Made by a program: the position numbers and the translations under genes. Below are positions 1 through 12,900 of a DNA stretch of 38,091 nt, in pieces. The stretch is taken from positions 62,001-100,091 of the forward strand of contig KZ538247.1 of assembly GCA_000934665.2 (NCBI GenBank), written 5' to 3'. Position 1 is the first letter of the stretch; every line of letters begins with the position of its first letter. The notes below the pieces were generated by a model, which saw only the letters and a list, made by a program, of their open reading frames with translations, did no database searches and was not told where the DNA came from. This DNA is from Catajapyx aquilonaris (Eukaryota).

Positions 1-614
1 CCAATCGACATCAATTAAAACTGATAGGGGATGGCGATGATCATTCAGAATGATTAGTTAGTCTATAGAGTACGGTTATGCGCGGTGTAATCTATAATTC
101 CAGGCCGCCCTCTGGATTCGACCGCGCGCCTTTTGAACTGCCTGGAGACTGCAGCCCTGCCAATTGTGCTTCTTTGCCCGGATTTCCCTGGGATTTCATG
201 GAGGGGGGAAAAGAGGGGAGATGTGGGGGGGAGGACAGCTTAGTCGGTCGTTACGAGAAGGGAAAAGCTCGCCAATAAGAGCCTGGCTTTTGTTGTGCCG
301 TTTTCTCCCCCAACTTATTTATAGGGGCTGGCATCCACCTAGCCTCCCACCCTGCTTCTCATGTAGCCATTTACAACCTTTATAGTCCGGATGTAACCCC
401 CGCCACCCATCGGAACACAGCAGACGGCTAAGGGCCGGATTTGAACCCCGCCATAAAAGAAAGACGAGGAATGATTGGCCCACCCTGTACACAATAGCAA
501 GATTTTCAACAATTTTCTGGCTTAAAATCGGTCGAGAACTGGTTGAGAGAGGCTATACAGCTGTAAAATGCCGAGATATAATTGAAGAGAATGATTTGGA
601 GGTTTCAGATGGCA

Positions 615-895
615 ATGTACTGGCTGTGAAACGGCTTCCAGCCAGTATACAGACGGTTCAGAGGACGAAAAGTACTGATTGACAACCCTAAAACATGTAG
701 ACATTGTCTGCCGTTTTCGTAATGGCTCTCAGCAGTATGTACTGCCTGGGAGACGCAACACAATTAGTACATACCTGCTGAGAGCCATTGCTAAGACTGC
801 AGACAATGTCTACACATGTTAGGGTTGTCAAACAGTACTTTTCGTCCTCTGAACCGTCTGTGTACTTGCTGAAAGCCGCTTCACAGCCAGTACAT
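615..895. mobile_element. Foldback/MITE-like palindrome, ~130-bp arms
   Basis: 615-743 is an imperfect reverse complement of 766-895 (e.g. cagacggttcagaggacgaaaagtactg / cagtacttttcgtcctctgaaccgtctg); 22-nt loop. Confidence 0.8.
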
Positions 896-3800
896 CCACT
901 TACTCCGGATGACTTGCAGTGTACCGTGGGCATTTTCGTCATCCCAGGGTTGGGTGTGGGTTGAGGGGAAAAGAAGGAAGGAAGGGACTAAGGTTCGACG
1001 ATAATCATTCCCGGCACAAGCCTAAGGCAGGCTGCGAGCAGCCGCCTTTGTTGTCGTGACACTCGATCCGTCTTCTTCTCTTCAGACCGGGTTTCTGGGC
1101 GCCCCTCTACTTGCGAGTCCGGAACTTGCCAATTATCCTCGGGGAAGATGGAAGCGATGGAAGAAGGGAGATGGGGGAAGGCCTGGTGTAAGGTGGTAGA
1201 GGAAGTTGCTATCGACATATATATTTTTTTCTCTTAATAATTATTCGTGTACACTATAGCATAGTGCGAGGTTGCAGTTATGCAAATGTGTTACTCGATA
1301 GTGCGGTAAAACTATTATTACTCGTATTACAGTGCATGATTTTATTCGCGCCGCCTGTGAGAAGTTGGCAGCATTTGCACACATGTGAATATTGTTGCCT
1401 AATTTGGTGTGCAGAGCGTAATTTAATAGACACGTATTCGCGTGGTTCGGAATATATTGAAAGTGCGGTGTACAATGGCGAATGTACTGTAACACACTGT
1501 ACGAACTTTTGCGCTAAAGAACAACTCCATAGAGCCCATGAACAAATGTAACTTGCCCAGGACGGAAAATTATGTTATACATATACCGTAATGTAAAATT
1601 AATGTCACGGTAGCCCTTGGGGGTCCAAAAAAGTGCCAAAAGAGGTTACTCTCCCCAACTTCGTTAGTTGCTTTGCCATTGCAAAATTAGAGTCAGTCAT
1701 ATACATTAGTAATAATAATAATATTTTAACTTAAATTCCAAACGATACCACAGATTTTTCGACGCAGTGACGTATATCTTGCGACAGATCTGTGGGGGGG
1801 AAAAGCCAGATCCCCTGAAACTTTTTAACTTGCAGGACTTGTCATTGCCCATTTATATCTTATGAGATTAATGTCGCATATAAAGAAGGAGTAGGGGCCT
1901 TTTGGGAGTGTCAGCGAGGGAGGGAGTGGTCCGATACACAAATCCTATCCACAGGCCCGTCCTCCCTCTTTTTACGCCCTTTTATTAGGCATCGATTGCT
2001 GATGTGTCGCGCGATATGCTAATGGAGCGTCGGCCTTCGATTTATGGCCCAGGAAGATATGGGCCGAATTTTGCAAGAGAGAGAGAAAGAGGATCGTTTG
2101 CCCATGGTCACGAGTCTGATGGTATATAGGGGAAGGTGTGCGTGACCTTTTTCCCAGGGCGTGGTCCTGCACATACACACACACCCACACGTATGCAAAT
2201 GACAGGCTTATCGCCCCTCCACTTATCTCTTCCGGCTCAGATTGGGACTCCTCGATTGTTGTCTCGCTGCTTGTTACACACGCACGATCCATCAGGAAGG
2301 GGTATATGTGCCATGTGCTCCCTCAGCACAGGTACGTCCCAAAGGATCAAAATAATAGAGCACGAGGGGTACTTTTCAAGTGAATTTTTGTCTGAGGCTT
2401 AAAAGCTGATGTTTATTCAACTTGTGACGCGACCTCACCAGAGACTATTATTTTTTTGCTATTAATACCTGAGTTAGCAATGAGTCACCTTATACACATA
2501 TGCCATTGTTGGAAATACGTCACAGTTTGAATCTTCATTGCGTTCAAAAACTTGGAAGCGGAAATGCAAACACTGTTGTTATTACCAGAGTTTAACCCCT
2601 GCTCATCCTCATCCGCCTAAAAATTCAGAGCAGGTAATAGCTGGGTTGGGGGGAAAGGGACTCAAACTTCAGTCATAGCCATTCCAAACTTTCTCAAAAA
2701 ACTTGTGCATAATTACCTCACTAGGTTAAACTGAGCCCCGTTTTTTTAATCCCCCCGAAGCATTGTGCCTGGCTCAATAGAAATTCTGGCTCTTAAGCCC
2801 TGGGCAATAACCTCCATAAGAAGCGCAAATATGGTCCAAGATTAATCCAAATAGCATTAAAATTTCACCATTGCTTCTGACCACTGCCCCTTTATTTATT
2901 ATACAAAAGGCTGTGCCTAGAGCAAATACTAGATTGATTTTGTGCACTAACAATTAATATCAAGGTGGGCTAAGTGTACTGCCAAAACTGATCTGGCTCG
3001 TAATATATGAGAAGTAACAGGCGACTGTAAATTTTGCACAAGAAGCGACGTTGATTGAGGCTGGCCTGGAAGAAGCCTCCTAAAAATCTGATCCTTTCTC
3101 ATGCACTTTTGATGAAGCCAGTGCACAAGTGACGTCAGATGTAAGTGCAGCATCTTCCCTTAGGAGTACCCCCCTTTTCTTCTTGATGGCTTCCTTCATG
3201 TGGGTGGTGCAGCACTCTCTTGCGCAGGTTCAGTGGGCGTCCAGCATGACTCGCTGGCTACTCCATTATTGAGGACCTAATTTCCAGGGGGACGCTTTTG
3301 CCTGCATCTAACTGACAAGGAAACGAAAGGTTCCATGCCTACTGAAATAGAACCCAAAATGCCAGCGTTCTTGTTGCAAACGAGTCATTATCCAGGAGGG
3401 CTGTACTGTATCGGCGGAATTGAATAAACATAATGTAGGGCAGCTAAATTGAAATTCGGAGTGGACACAGCCAATCTTATCCGGATCAGATTTTTGGAAG
3501 GTCAAGGGTACTATTACGACCAGTGAGCCTCTGGAAGGATGAGTCATCAGACTGCTTGGTTTTATGGGTTAGGAAGAAGCCAATGGCTATCATTCTAATA
3601 TTTCACCTAATACTGTCAACGATGTTTGTTTGCATTGCGCTGGAAGTTATCTCTCTACCCACTGGGTGCGCCACCTCCCTGCTTAGCCCCATCCCCACAC
3701 ACCTTCCAATACCTTCCGCTGGAGGGTGCTCCACACGCTGCCAGGTGGCGCTCCTGTACAGTTACTGCTCGCTACGGGTACATTTACCGCGTGCACCGAA

Positions 3801-6401
3801 GGTTTAACAGGCTTGTCTGGCTATAAGACGACACGAAAATGGGACAGACCTGTCCGACCCTGCCAGTACCTCCGGTATAGCTCTTGGGTTCACCACCCCA
3901 CCAAAAGGAAAGTGTTAGACCAACAAAAAAATCCATCGCACATCATCGAGTACAAGGGGTGGAAACTATGGGATGCTGAAGATGATTGGAAGAGTCTGCA
4001 GAGAAGACATGTAGTCGAAGGAAAGTGAGTCATAGCCCATCAGCTGGGAAAGCCCGCGGAAATTGACGAGGTGATCAACGCTCGGGTGGAAGTTTGAAAA
4101 GCGAGATGAAGGATGTTTGGTAAAAGTGAGAAGAGAGAGGGGGGGGGGATGGTTTTGCTTCATTCTACAAAGCCAGAAGCCTACGTTTGTGTTAGGAGGT
4201 CCCCCCTACTCTCGATTGTGGCGCCACGCGTTTAATCAAGTGAACTGCCTGTTTGGGGTCGCACCCACGTCACACGCATTTGCCCGCATTGATATGCATT
4301 GTCACCGCCACATGACAAAGGATTCCCCCTCTCTAGTTTCCCCCCTTCTCTTGAAACAGGACAAATTAATTATGGGGAGCGAGGGTTTGAGAAGCCCAAA
4401 GGAAGCTGGATTGCCACCAGAGGTTTTTTTTTAACTACATTTTTTTTTACCCTGGGTATTAATTGCGGATTGGTGCACCCGTTTGTAAACATATCCATCC
4501 GGCAGGGCAACTCGCCGGCTAATTGTGTCAAAAACACATTAACTGCCGCGAATTTACATAATGCAAATGCAGTTGAAAATGGGCTTATGAGTCGTAGTTG
4601 TGCATGCTGCATGTGGGATAGAATCCCCCTCGGATCTATGTAGTAACTAGGTGTGGGGGATGGTAGGAAGGGGGAGGGAGAGGGCATTGGGGCTATGACG
4701 ATTAATTTGGGAAGCAATTATGTTGGGGGGAGTCTCCAGGGGCACCAAAGCAGATTGGGGGGATGGGTTGGGTTGGCGGGGGGTAGGGCTACATCATCAT
4801 CCCAGGAGGTACACTGCATGCAGCCGCTCTAACAACTCACAAATATCTGCTATTAGAGGAAGCCAGTTGTGGTTTTTTGGCCCTTCTCTGGCCCTAATGT
4901 AATACTAGGGGCCGGAATTTTGCACAAATTGAGGACTTTGATTCATAAGGCGGTGGATGTCCTTTGTGATTCATAGGAGGCTGGTAATAACATGCTTTCC
5001 TATATTCAGGGGTGGAGAAACCACTGCTTATTAACCGTTTTCTGAACATAGAATGTGCTAGGTAAGAAGCTTTCCTTCTTATTGGATCACCCTGTACATT
5101 GCACAAGTGGCATTAGATTAGCGCACGTACCGAGACTGACACCGTATGTCCCACTTCATGAAGTTATTATTGCTGCACCTGCAGTGAGGTAATTGACACG
5201 TGAATAATGAATGTCGCAGTCAAAGATTATCTGTACTTGTACATTCACTGCATCGAGGCACGAAAGATGAGCATGACTGTAATTGACAAGGAACACCGCA
5301 TGCTGCACTGTACGTTAATAAGACATACAGTAGGCTATTCCACAAAGTTGATGAGAACACAGCATGTTTCATAAACACCTTTTCTCAAACAGTGTTTTGT
5401 CACTTGATCAGCAGTGCAGATTTTTAGTCAATTAATATTTTTTCATCAAGGCATATGTGGGGTTCTCCTAATTATTTTGACTACCACCATCCTATTTGCA
5501 TACACAAGTCCTTAACGCCATTTAGCACAATACGTTTTAAACGTACCCATGAGATTCGCTAATGCCATTACAGACACGGTGACAAATCGACTAAATGCCT
5601 CATGAATTGTGTGACTCAGCACTCTTGCAAACTTTTTTTTTCCTATTAGAGACACAACAGTGTCATCCCCCTCTTCTCACCCCCACCCTTTTTTATTCCA
5701 CCCGCCTATATTGAGTCGGCAGGGAGGAAAGTAGAAAACGTAAAAAAAAAAGTCAAATTGTCACTCTAGCCCGTCTCTGAAGGCAAGCAGGCGACCCCCA
5801 TGCAGCAAATGAGAGCCTGTTCCAAGCCATTGAGTCTGAGGGGGACACTACCCCACCCTTTTCCGTCGCTCTGGAAACGACGCTGACGTCACCGGAAATT
5901 GCTCTCTTCCTCCGATCTCATATTTATTCATTAATGTCCTCCTCCGAATGTTGTCTGACCCTCGCGTGTTGACCTGCTTCTCAGGACATAACCTATTCTG
6001 ACCTTGCTCTCAAAAAAATATTTTTTTTTTACCTGCCAGAAAATGATCGAATCCCCCTCAACCCCCCGCCCCCGCCCCCTCCCAAGGAATTCAATTAAAT
6101 CGTTGCAAATTCCCACGGAACTTTGCCGTTTCCTACAACCAATCTCTTATTGGGAAGGGAGGGTAACGCCCACTAATTTCTCTCAGCCACGTCATCACCT
6201 CTTCAAACCCCCTCTATTCACTCCTTCACAAACACATGCTGATTTTTATCTAGCGTCTCTCTGCGCCCACGAATAAGGCGAAAATGCAATCAAAGTTCCA
6301 ACGCCTATTCTGCTTCATTACAAATTGAAGGGCGGAGGAATGCAATTTATGTGCCTAGGTTATCGACCTTTAGCGTGTTAAAATTGCAGACGATTAATTT
6401 A

Positions 6402-6891
6402 TACAGGGTGTACTGCAACGTAGGCAAAATCTATTAGGTATTTAAACTCAAAAAAGTGCGGTTTTCGTACTTTTCCTGGAATCAGGGTCACATACGACAT
6501 CGGTGTGCCAAATGTTAGACTCTGTAGTCCGAAAGTGGGTTAGATAGCCCGGACAAACATGCGTATAGATATGTATAGGTGTATCGTATAGGTATACGTA
6601 TATGTATAGGTATGCGTATATGTATACGTATATGTATAGGTATGCGTATATGTATAGGTATACGTATATGTATATGTATACGTATATGTATACGTACCGT
6701 ATACAAACTTTCACGGTTATAAGTATAGAGATGAGAATGTTTGTCTGTATGTCCGGGATACTTCCACACTACTGAGAGATCTGAAACTTGTCATACTGAT
6801 GTCTTACGTGCTTCTAATTGACAGATAAGTCCAAAAACTGCACATTTTAAAGTCTAAATACCATTTTAGATTTGAAGATATTTATCCTGTA
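6402..6891. mobile_element. Old Tc1/mariner-type MITE with long diverged TIRs and a central microsatellite
   Basis: TA-CAGG...CCTG-TA termini; 6438-6528 aligns by eye with the reverse complement of 6768-6862. Confidence 0.65.
6560..6703. repeat. Hexamer-based microsatellite (TATACG/TATATG/TATAGG/TATGCG)
   Basis: Directly visible tandem hexamer variants; source of the RIHI/YIYV low-complexity ORFs. Confidence 0.9.
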
Positions 6892-9668
6892 ATGATGCAA
6901 CCCAACAAACACGCGTATAGTGCAGGTTGCGTCCAGGGGCTGACCTACAAACCAAGCTCCCTTTTTTTTTCATGAACCTCTTAAAGTTCTTAGTACGAAG
7001 TGCATGATTTGCGGCAAAGTTGAGCAACAAATGATGTAGGTTTGAGTTGGGCTTAGTTTGGAGGCCGCACGAGTTATTTGAACAAGAAGAGGAAAGTTTG
7101 GGGGCAGCAAGAAAAGACCCTCTTTTGCCCCCTCCTCTCCCTCCATCGTCCAGGGAATCAAAGTTGCATCTGTCCGAGTGCTTGAGATGCAGACGGCGCG
7201 CCAAGGTCCAACTTTTGGGGGGTTCCAAGGGACCTAACTCTCCCCCCTCCCCTCCCCCCCCTTCTATATCCAAACCCACCCCCGCTTCTCTCCACACAAC
7301 CCACCCAACTCGCAGGTCACACGCCCGTCCAATCAATAGCAAAGCCTGCTGCTGCTGTAGTTGGTATACGTGAACAAATACAGCATAGTACTAGTGTGAT
7401 GGAAAGTGGACAAGTACAGGCATTACTACCTTTAAATGAAAAACTACACTAGTGGATATAGGCACATAAATTATTTTTTATATAAATAAAACTACAATGA
7501 ACAGAGTGGCCAACTTGACTAATTTTGCATGGCGTTGGGGGGGGGGGTTAGGGGGGAGTCACTCAGCGTTATTGACGCACCCGCATTTAGTTCATTCTAC
7601 CTGGCCTCCCATTCCACCCACTCTCCACACACACACATACTGGGTGCCCCCCCCCCCTCCCCCAAACGTAGGGACCGTATAACACAAACTAGACTGGCCT
7701 ACATGTCACATTATTTTTTTAGAGGGGATGTAATGCGTCTGGGAGCCCCACAGACGATGGGCAAACAAAGAGGCGGACAAGCAGGTTGTTGCCTAGACAG
7801 CTCTTTAGGGGCAGTCATGACATGTTTGGGCTGCAGATAGGCGTGTTGAGGGGAGGATTTGGACACATTTTGGGACCAAGGTGTGAACTGGAAAAATTAT
7901 ATGGGAATATGCTGCTTCGGTGATATAGGAAACGTCAGATATTCATACAATTCAGCTATACAGTACAGGGTGTTCCAGATTCGTGGGTCACTTTTTGATC
8001 CGTTTCCTATCACCTTTCGGAGCCATGGTTATCTCACCAGTTATTTTTTTGAGGAGCGGAAATGATTGCTGAGATTGAAGGCTATCGGCACGGTTGCCTA
8101 TCGACGTCCTGAAGCAGAGGAGGTCGTGTTGACTCGGGTGTTTTGATGGCTGATCTGCCGGCGGTGGCCATGGCAACCCCCAGGAGCTCCCCCCTTTTCC
8201 TTTTCCTTCAAACCCCCCCCCCCTCCCACCAACCTACGCTCACCTTCCTCTGCACTTGTTGAGTCTCCCCGGTTCCTGGAGGGAAATGGGGGGAAAGAGG
8301 GGGGGAGAGAGGGAAGGGAAAGAGAAGGTAATTCGGGCCAATTGAAGCGCCATTTCCCTGACGACGATCATTCCTCCCAGGAAGACTTAATGCTTCCGCC
8401 TCAGATTATCAGAGCCAGTCATCTGCTCCTGATGATGATGAATACATCGGGGTCCCCTCTCCCTTTTCACCTGCTCACCTCCCATTCAACTTGCTCAGAC
8501 TATTCATGTACTCTCAGCAAATGACATCGACGTTTGTGGTGTACAATCACCAATTCATGTACCGATTCATGTACTGTCTACAAATCAGTACTGTAGACGG
8601 TATTTGACGTCCAAGTGTATGGGGCTCAAATTATTTTGGCCCTATCCTGATCTTGAAGCAACCCTTCTCACAGGCCCCACGGTGTGTGTGTGTGAAGGGT
8701 TGCTTCAAGACCAGGATAAAGAATATGAGCTCCATAGTACTATTTTGTGGTCACAAATCCAAGTCGGTGCAAGTTGGCAACACTGTTTAATTCATTTTCT
8801 CCCAAGCCTTTTCACTTTCTCCTCCTCAACACAGGTGCATGACCGGTCACATGCAACATTGCAGTCCGATCATGCAACCTGTAATGAATGAGGTCGATCG
8901 TCTTGAGTCCCATCAACCATACTAAAAAAAACGAAGGTGGACAGTGTGTCAACCTGTCTGCCTCGAATTGTCTCAGGTTGTTATTGTCACATTTTTTGGG
9001 GGAAGTCCGGGTCCGGAGGCGTTGGGGGTTGCCCAGCAACAAACTCAACCATCCAGCCAACCAAGTCCCTGCCAATTTATCGATGGAGGTGGGAGTGGAT
9101 GGGGAGAGGAGGGGGGGAGGGGGGAACTATTTTCCCGGAGCGGCGCCCGATTTAATTGTGACCGGGTCAATTCGATTTCCGGAGAAGCCTCTCCGCCGGC
9201 TTTTTCCAGCTCGCTGGGGGTGGGTGTTGGCAGGGTGCATACCCGGAACCAGGGTAGATATATTTTTACAGGAATTTGAGCTGACTTAGGCTAGGGTATA
9301 AACACCATCAGTATCAAGAGGGGGGAAAGCATCTCCCCATGCTCCTGTTTTTCCCTTCCCCATCTTCCCTAGGGATTGCTCAGATTTGCCTACTGAATTA
9401 CACAAATCCCTTATTCCCAAGACTCATATATTCACTTCCCCTGCAAACTTCTTGAAACCAATATTGGGGCTGAGTGGACAGAAATAAATGAGAGGTTGCC
9501 CCCATTCCAACCGACGACCCCTTGCGTATTCTAACCGACAAAAAGTTTGAGCTTTTGTAATGGTAGACTTGTCGTTGGAATCTACCATGAACATCACACA
9601 CATGATTGGGTCGATGGATGTTAATTTGATGGTGGTTTTTTTCTTTTTATTTTCTGTGGGTTCTGCAG

Positions 9669-9916
9669 GATGACCCCTCAGACGGAGTGGGAGGCGAGCA
9701 AGGCCAGCACCCTTCCGTTGGGGATGCCCCCAACGGCACCAGTGGTGCTACCTGTCTTCCCAGTGCGTCCATCCATGGCACCACCTCCAGCACCATACTC
9801 ACCATCCAGGTTCCACTTCCGGAAGAGCTGCCAGCATCGATGCTCCTGGAAATGCGCCGCCATTGCTCTCATCCTATTGGCTGCAGCGCTGGCGGCCATG
9901 TTGGCTTACTTTGGAG
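9669..9916 (+). CDS. Ten-a: Teneurin exon 1 in window: end of intracellular domain and TM helix
   Basis: Pyrimidine tract + ctgcag|G ATG; encodes ...[39 protein letters not shown]; donor G|gtcagt (phase 1). Confidence 0.92.
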
Positions 9917-12900
9917 GTCAGTACGCTCAACCTTCTGTGTACCATCCAGAGAAGAAATTTAAGAGCACAAACTTTAAAAAGTGGCTAAGATTATACCATG
10001 CTGGTGACGTAATGCTTTTTGTGACATCCTGTATAAGCTGAGTGTGTTCAGAACCGGGCGTAACTAGATCCCATCATAATTAACGTTCTCAGTTGAAAAT
10101 GAAATCAAAATTGAAAAGGTAGGGTATTATTTCCCTGCGTGTTAAGTGTACAATGCCCCTATTAAAATGTACACAGCGCATTGATGAGTAGCTAATATTT
10201 ACCTAGTTGGCAACAGAGCCGCCTTCCTAATGCAATTTGAGGACCGGGGGTACAGAGCAAAACATGAATATTGGAAACTGTTCCCTGCTAGTGTTTGGGT
10301 TTTATGAGGCTTGATCCGGTAAATCCTTTCCATTTGCCCCAACCATGTCGTCCCAGAATGCCTATTTTATTATGCATAATTGAAACATAACTACAGTTAT
10401 AACTCGCAATCTCCGCAGCTTATCTACAAACTGGTTTTGTTGACTTTGCCTTTTATACCCACACCCGTCTGCGTTCCTACTGTGCATTCACGCACACTCC
10501 GGTCCTACCCACGCATTGTTGTGATACGAGCAAACTGAATGGCAACTAGATGTGAATGGCGAGGAAAACCTCCTCATTCCGAGAGGGCTAGTAATTAGAA
10601 TTAATCCATAAATGACGTGAGACTCGAAGGGAACTAGGTTGCGTTACTAGAGTAATCGGAATTGGGCCATTTTCATGGTCCGGTAGCATGCTTAAAACCT
10701 CACACGATATCCGCCCAATCAAATGATCCTGATCGTAATACTGCCCGACACACACCGAAGAAGACAACAAATATCGATATCATTATCGATATTCTTGGGT
10801 GTAGCCTTATCGATATTCTTGGGTGTAGCCTTATCGATATTCTTGGGTGTAGCCTTATCGATATTCTTGGGTGTATATTTATCGATATTACTGATCATGA
10901 TCGTAATACTGCCCGACACACACCGAAGAAGACAACAAATATCGACATCATTATCGATATTTTCGGATGTATCTTTATCGATATTCCTGAGTGACATCCG
11001 GAGCTCCAGATTGGCTGGATGACTGATCATAGGCTGTGACTCGCTACGCTCGGCGGTGGGGCTTCGCCCCCATTTCGTCATAGGCTGTGATTGGCTTCTT
11101 CTAACTCCTCCCAGCCACCTCCGGACAGACAGATGAATAAAATGAGTTTACATTTTGTATATAGAGAAATATTTCGACACCCTGCGGCATAGGGTGGTCC
11201 AAGCTCTGTTTAGGCGGAGTGGGTGGTAGGTATGTTTAGAGGGGTGGTAGGGAGGAAGCAGATTGGCAATATGAGGTGCGAGGGAATGAATGTGCGGAAT
11301 GACTCTGGATGGCAGATGGAAATTTTTTTTTGGTCCCCCCTTCCCCTCCCTCTTTTCTGGATCCTCTCTTTTGGTGCTTTGTGCGTGAAGCTCTCCATCA
11401 ACAGACGAGGCGGGGATTGGCCGAGAAGGAAGATGGAAGGAAGGAAGGAGGGGGAAAGGAGGGAGGGAGGGAAGCACGCAAAGTGGCTTCCGCTGCTTCA
11501 AAGGGCCCCTGTAGCAAGCCTGTACCCCATATTTGCTGGAATTCCAGCCTTTCCTTCACTTCCAACACCCGAGACAGTACGGGAGATGCACTAAAGTCTC
11601 AAAAGGCGAATTTCCAAGCCCTCCCTTGCTGCAACCTCCCACCCACCCACCTCGGGCTCTTCACCTGCGCTTTTCCAGCTTCGCCTTATTCTGTGCCCCC
11701 GCTTCCTAATGGCAATTCGATATCAACTGTCGCCGGCAAACAAGTCAAGAATCCGGCGGCCTCTTCCTCTTTCCTCCTCCCACCGCCGCACTCCATCCCC
11801 CCCCCCCTTCCACCAGCATCCAGCCTGTTCCTGATATACGTCTTTTTTTTTAAAGGGGGTTGCAACACACTTTACATGCATCAAACGGTGACATGTGAGA
11901 AGCTGTCGGGCCAAAGCTTAACCCTCCGTTGCAGAAAACACTCTCGAACTAATGTACAAAATTGTGATAGCAATATGCTCCTGACTGGAGATCAACACTA
12001 TCTGGCCTTTAAAAGGGGTGTCACACCAGCTAGAACGAAATTATAGTACACTAGGTGAAATCAGTAGCCTAATTACAATGGTAATTTACAAAATAATACA
12101 TGCATGAAAAAGTACACATTAGTTCATTTTGCATAATTGTGACCGCTATAAAGATTTTATTTCATACATTATATTTGTTTTATTATATTGTACAGCTATT
12201 TGTTTATTAATTTGTTATATTTTAGAGACCTGTTATTTGTTCATTGCAATACTTTTATTGGTTTTAATATGTTTGGTGGAATTTTCGTTCCACTGCTAGT
12301 TGTTGCTAACTTAGCAGTTCCAGTGCCAACATTGCTGCTGCTAATTTAGGAGTAACTAGTCGTGCGACGAAAATTATTTTTACAATGTGTTAATATTTTG
12401 TGGGCCTGAAACGTACAGAGCATACAAATATGATCCTCATTAACTTGCCAATATTCTGGGGGGTCAACAATATTAATAGCCAACCTGCCCTACAGCTTTT
12501 TACCACTGTAGTAAATTGTCTAAAATTTAACTTGCGCTTCTTATTGATCTTCTCTCGTATACTTCAGTTTTTTGAAACAACGTTAGACATGCTCTCAAAG
12601 TGGCGCCAGCCTAGGGAAAAATCAGATGACACACCCTATAAAAAAGTGAAAGTTCCGCCGTGCTTCGAGTGAAATTTCATGGGGTTTTTTTTTCTACCCT
12701 AGCATGAATTGACTTTGGAAAATATGGAGGGGGTGAGGTTTAAAACGAATCGTGCCTTGAAAATATTTTTTCCTCCCCTAAAAATGTGATTATTCTTCTC
12801 CTTTGAAAAGGAAGTAATGTAGGCCATGAGGATACACCCAATGAATGGCTTACAAATTGGGTGGGTCGTACGCCGCCATTTTTTTTCAGTCTCTAACATA

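Noticed and set aside
942..9600. Upstream teneurin intracellular-domain exons or other genes among the short ORFs
   Set aside because: No ORF shows recognisable homology or a convincing exon with the phase-2 donor required to join 9669.
10724..10987. CRISPR-like repeat array
   Set aside because: Units are contiguous tandem repeats without unique spacers; eukaryotic intron, no cas genes.
11309..12046. 245-aa intronic ORF
   Set aside because: Low-complexity G/C-run translation with no recognisable domain or compatible splice pattern.
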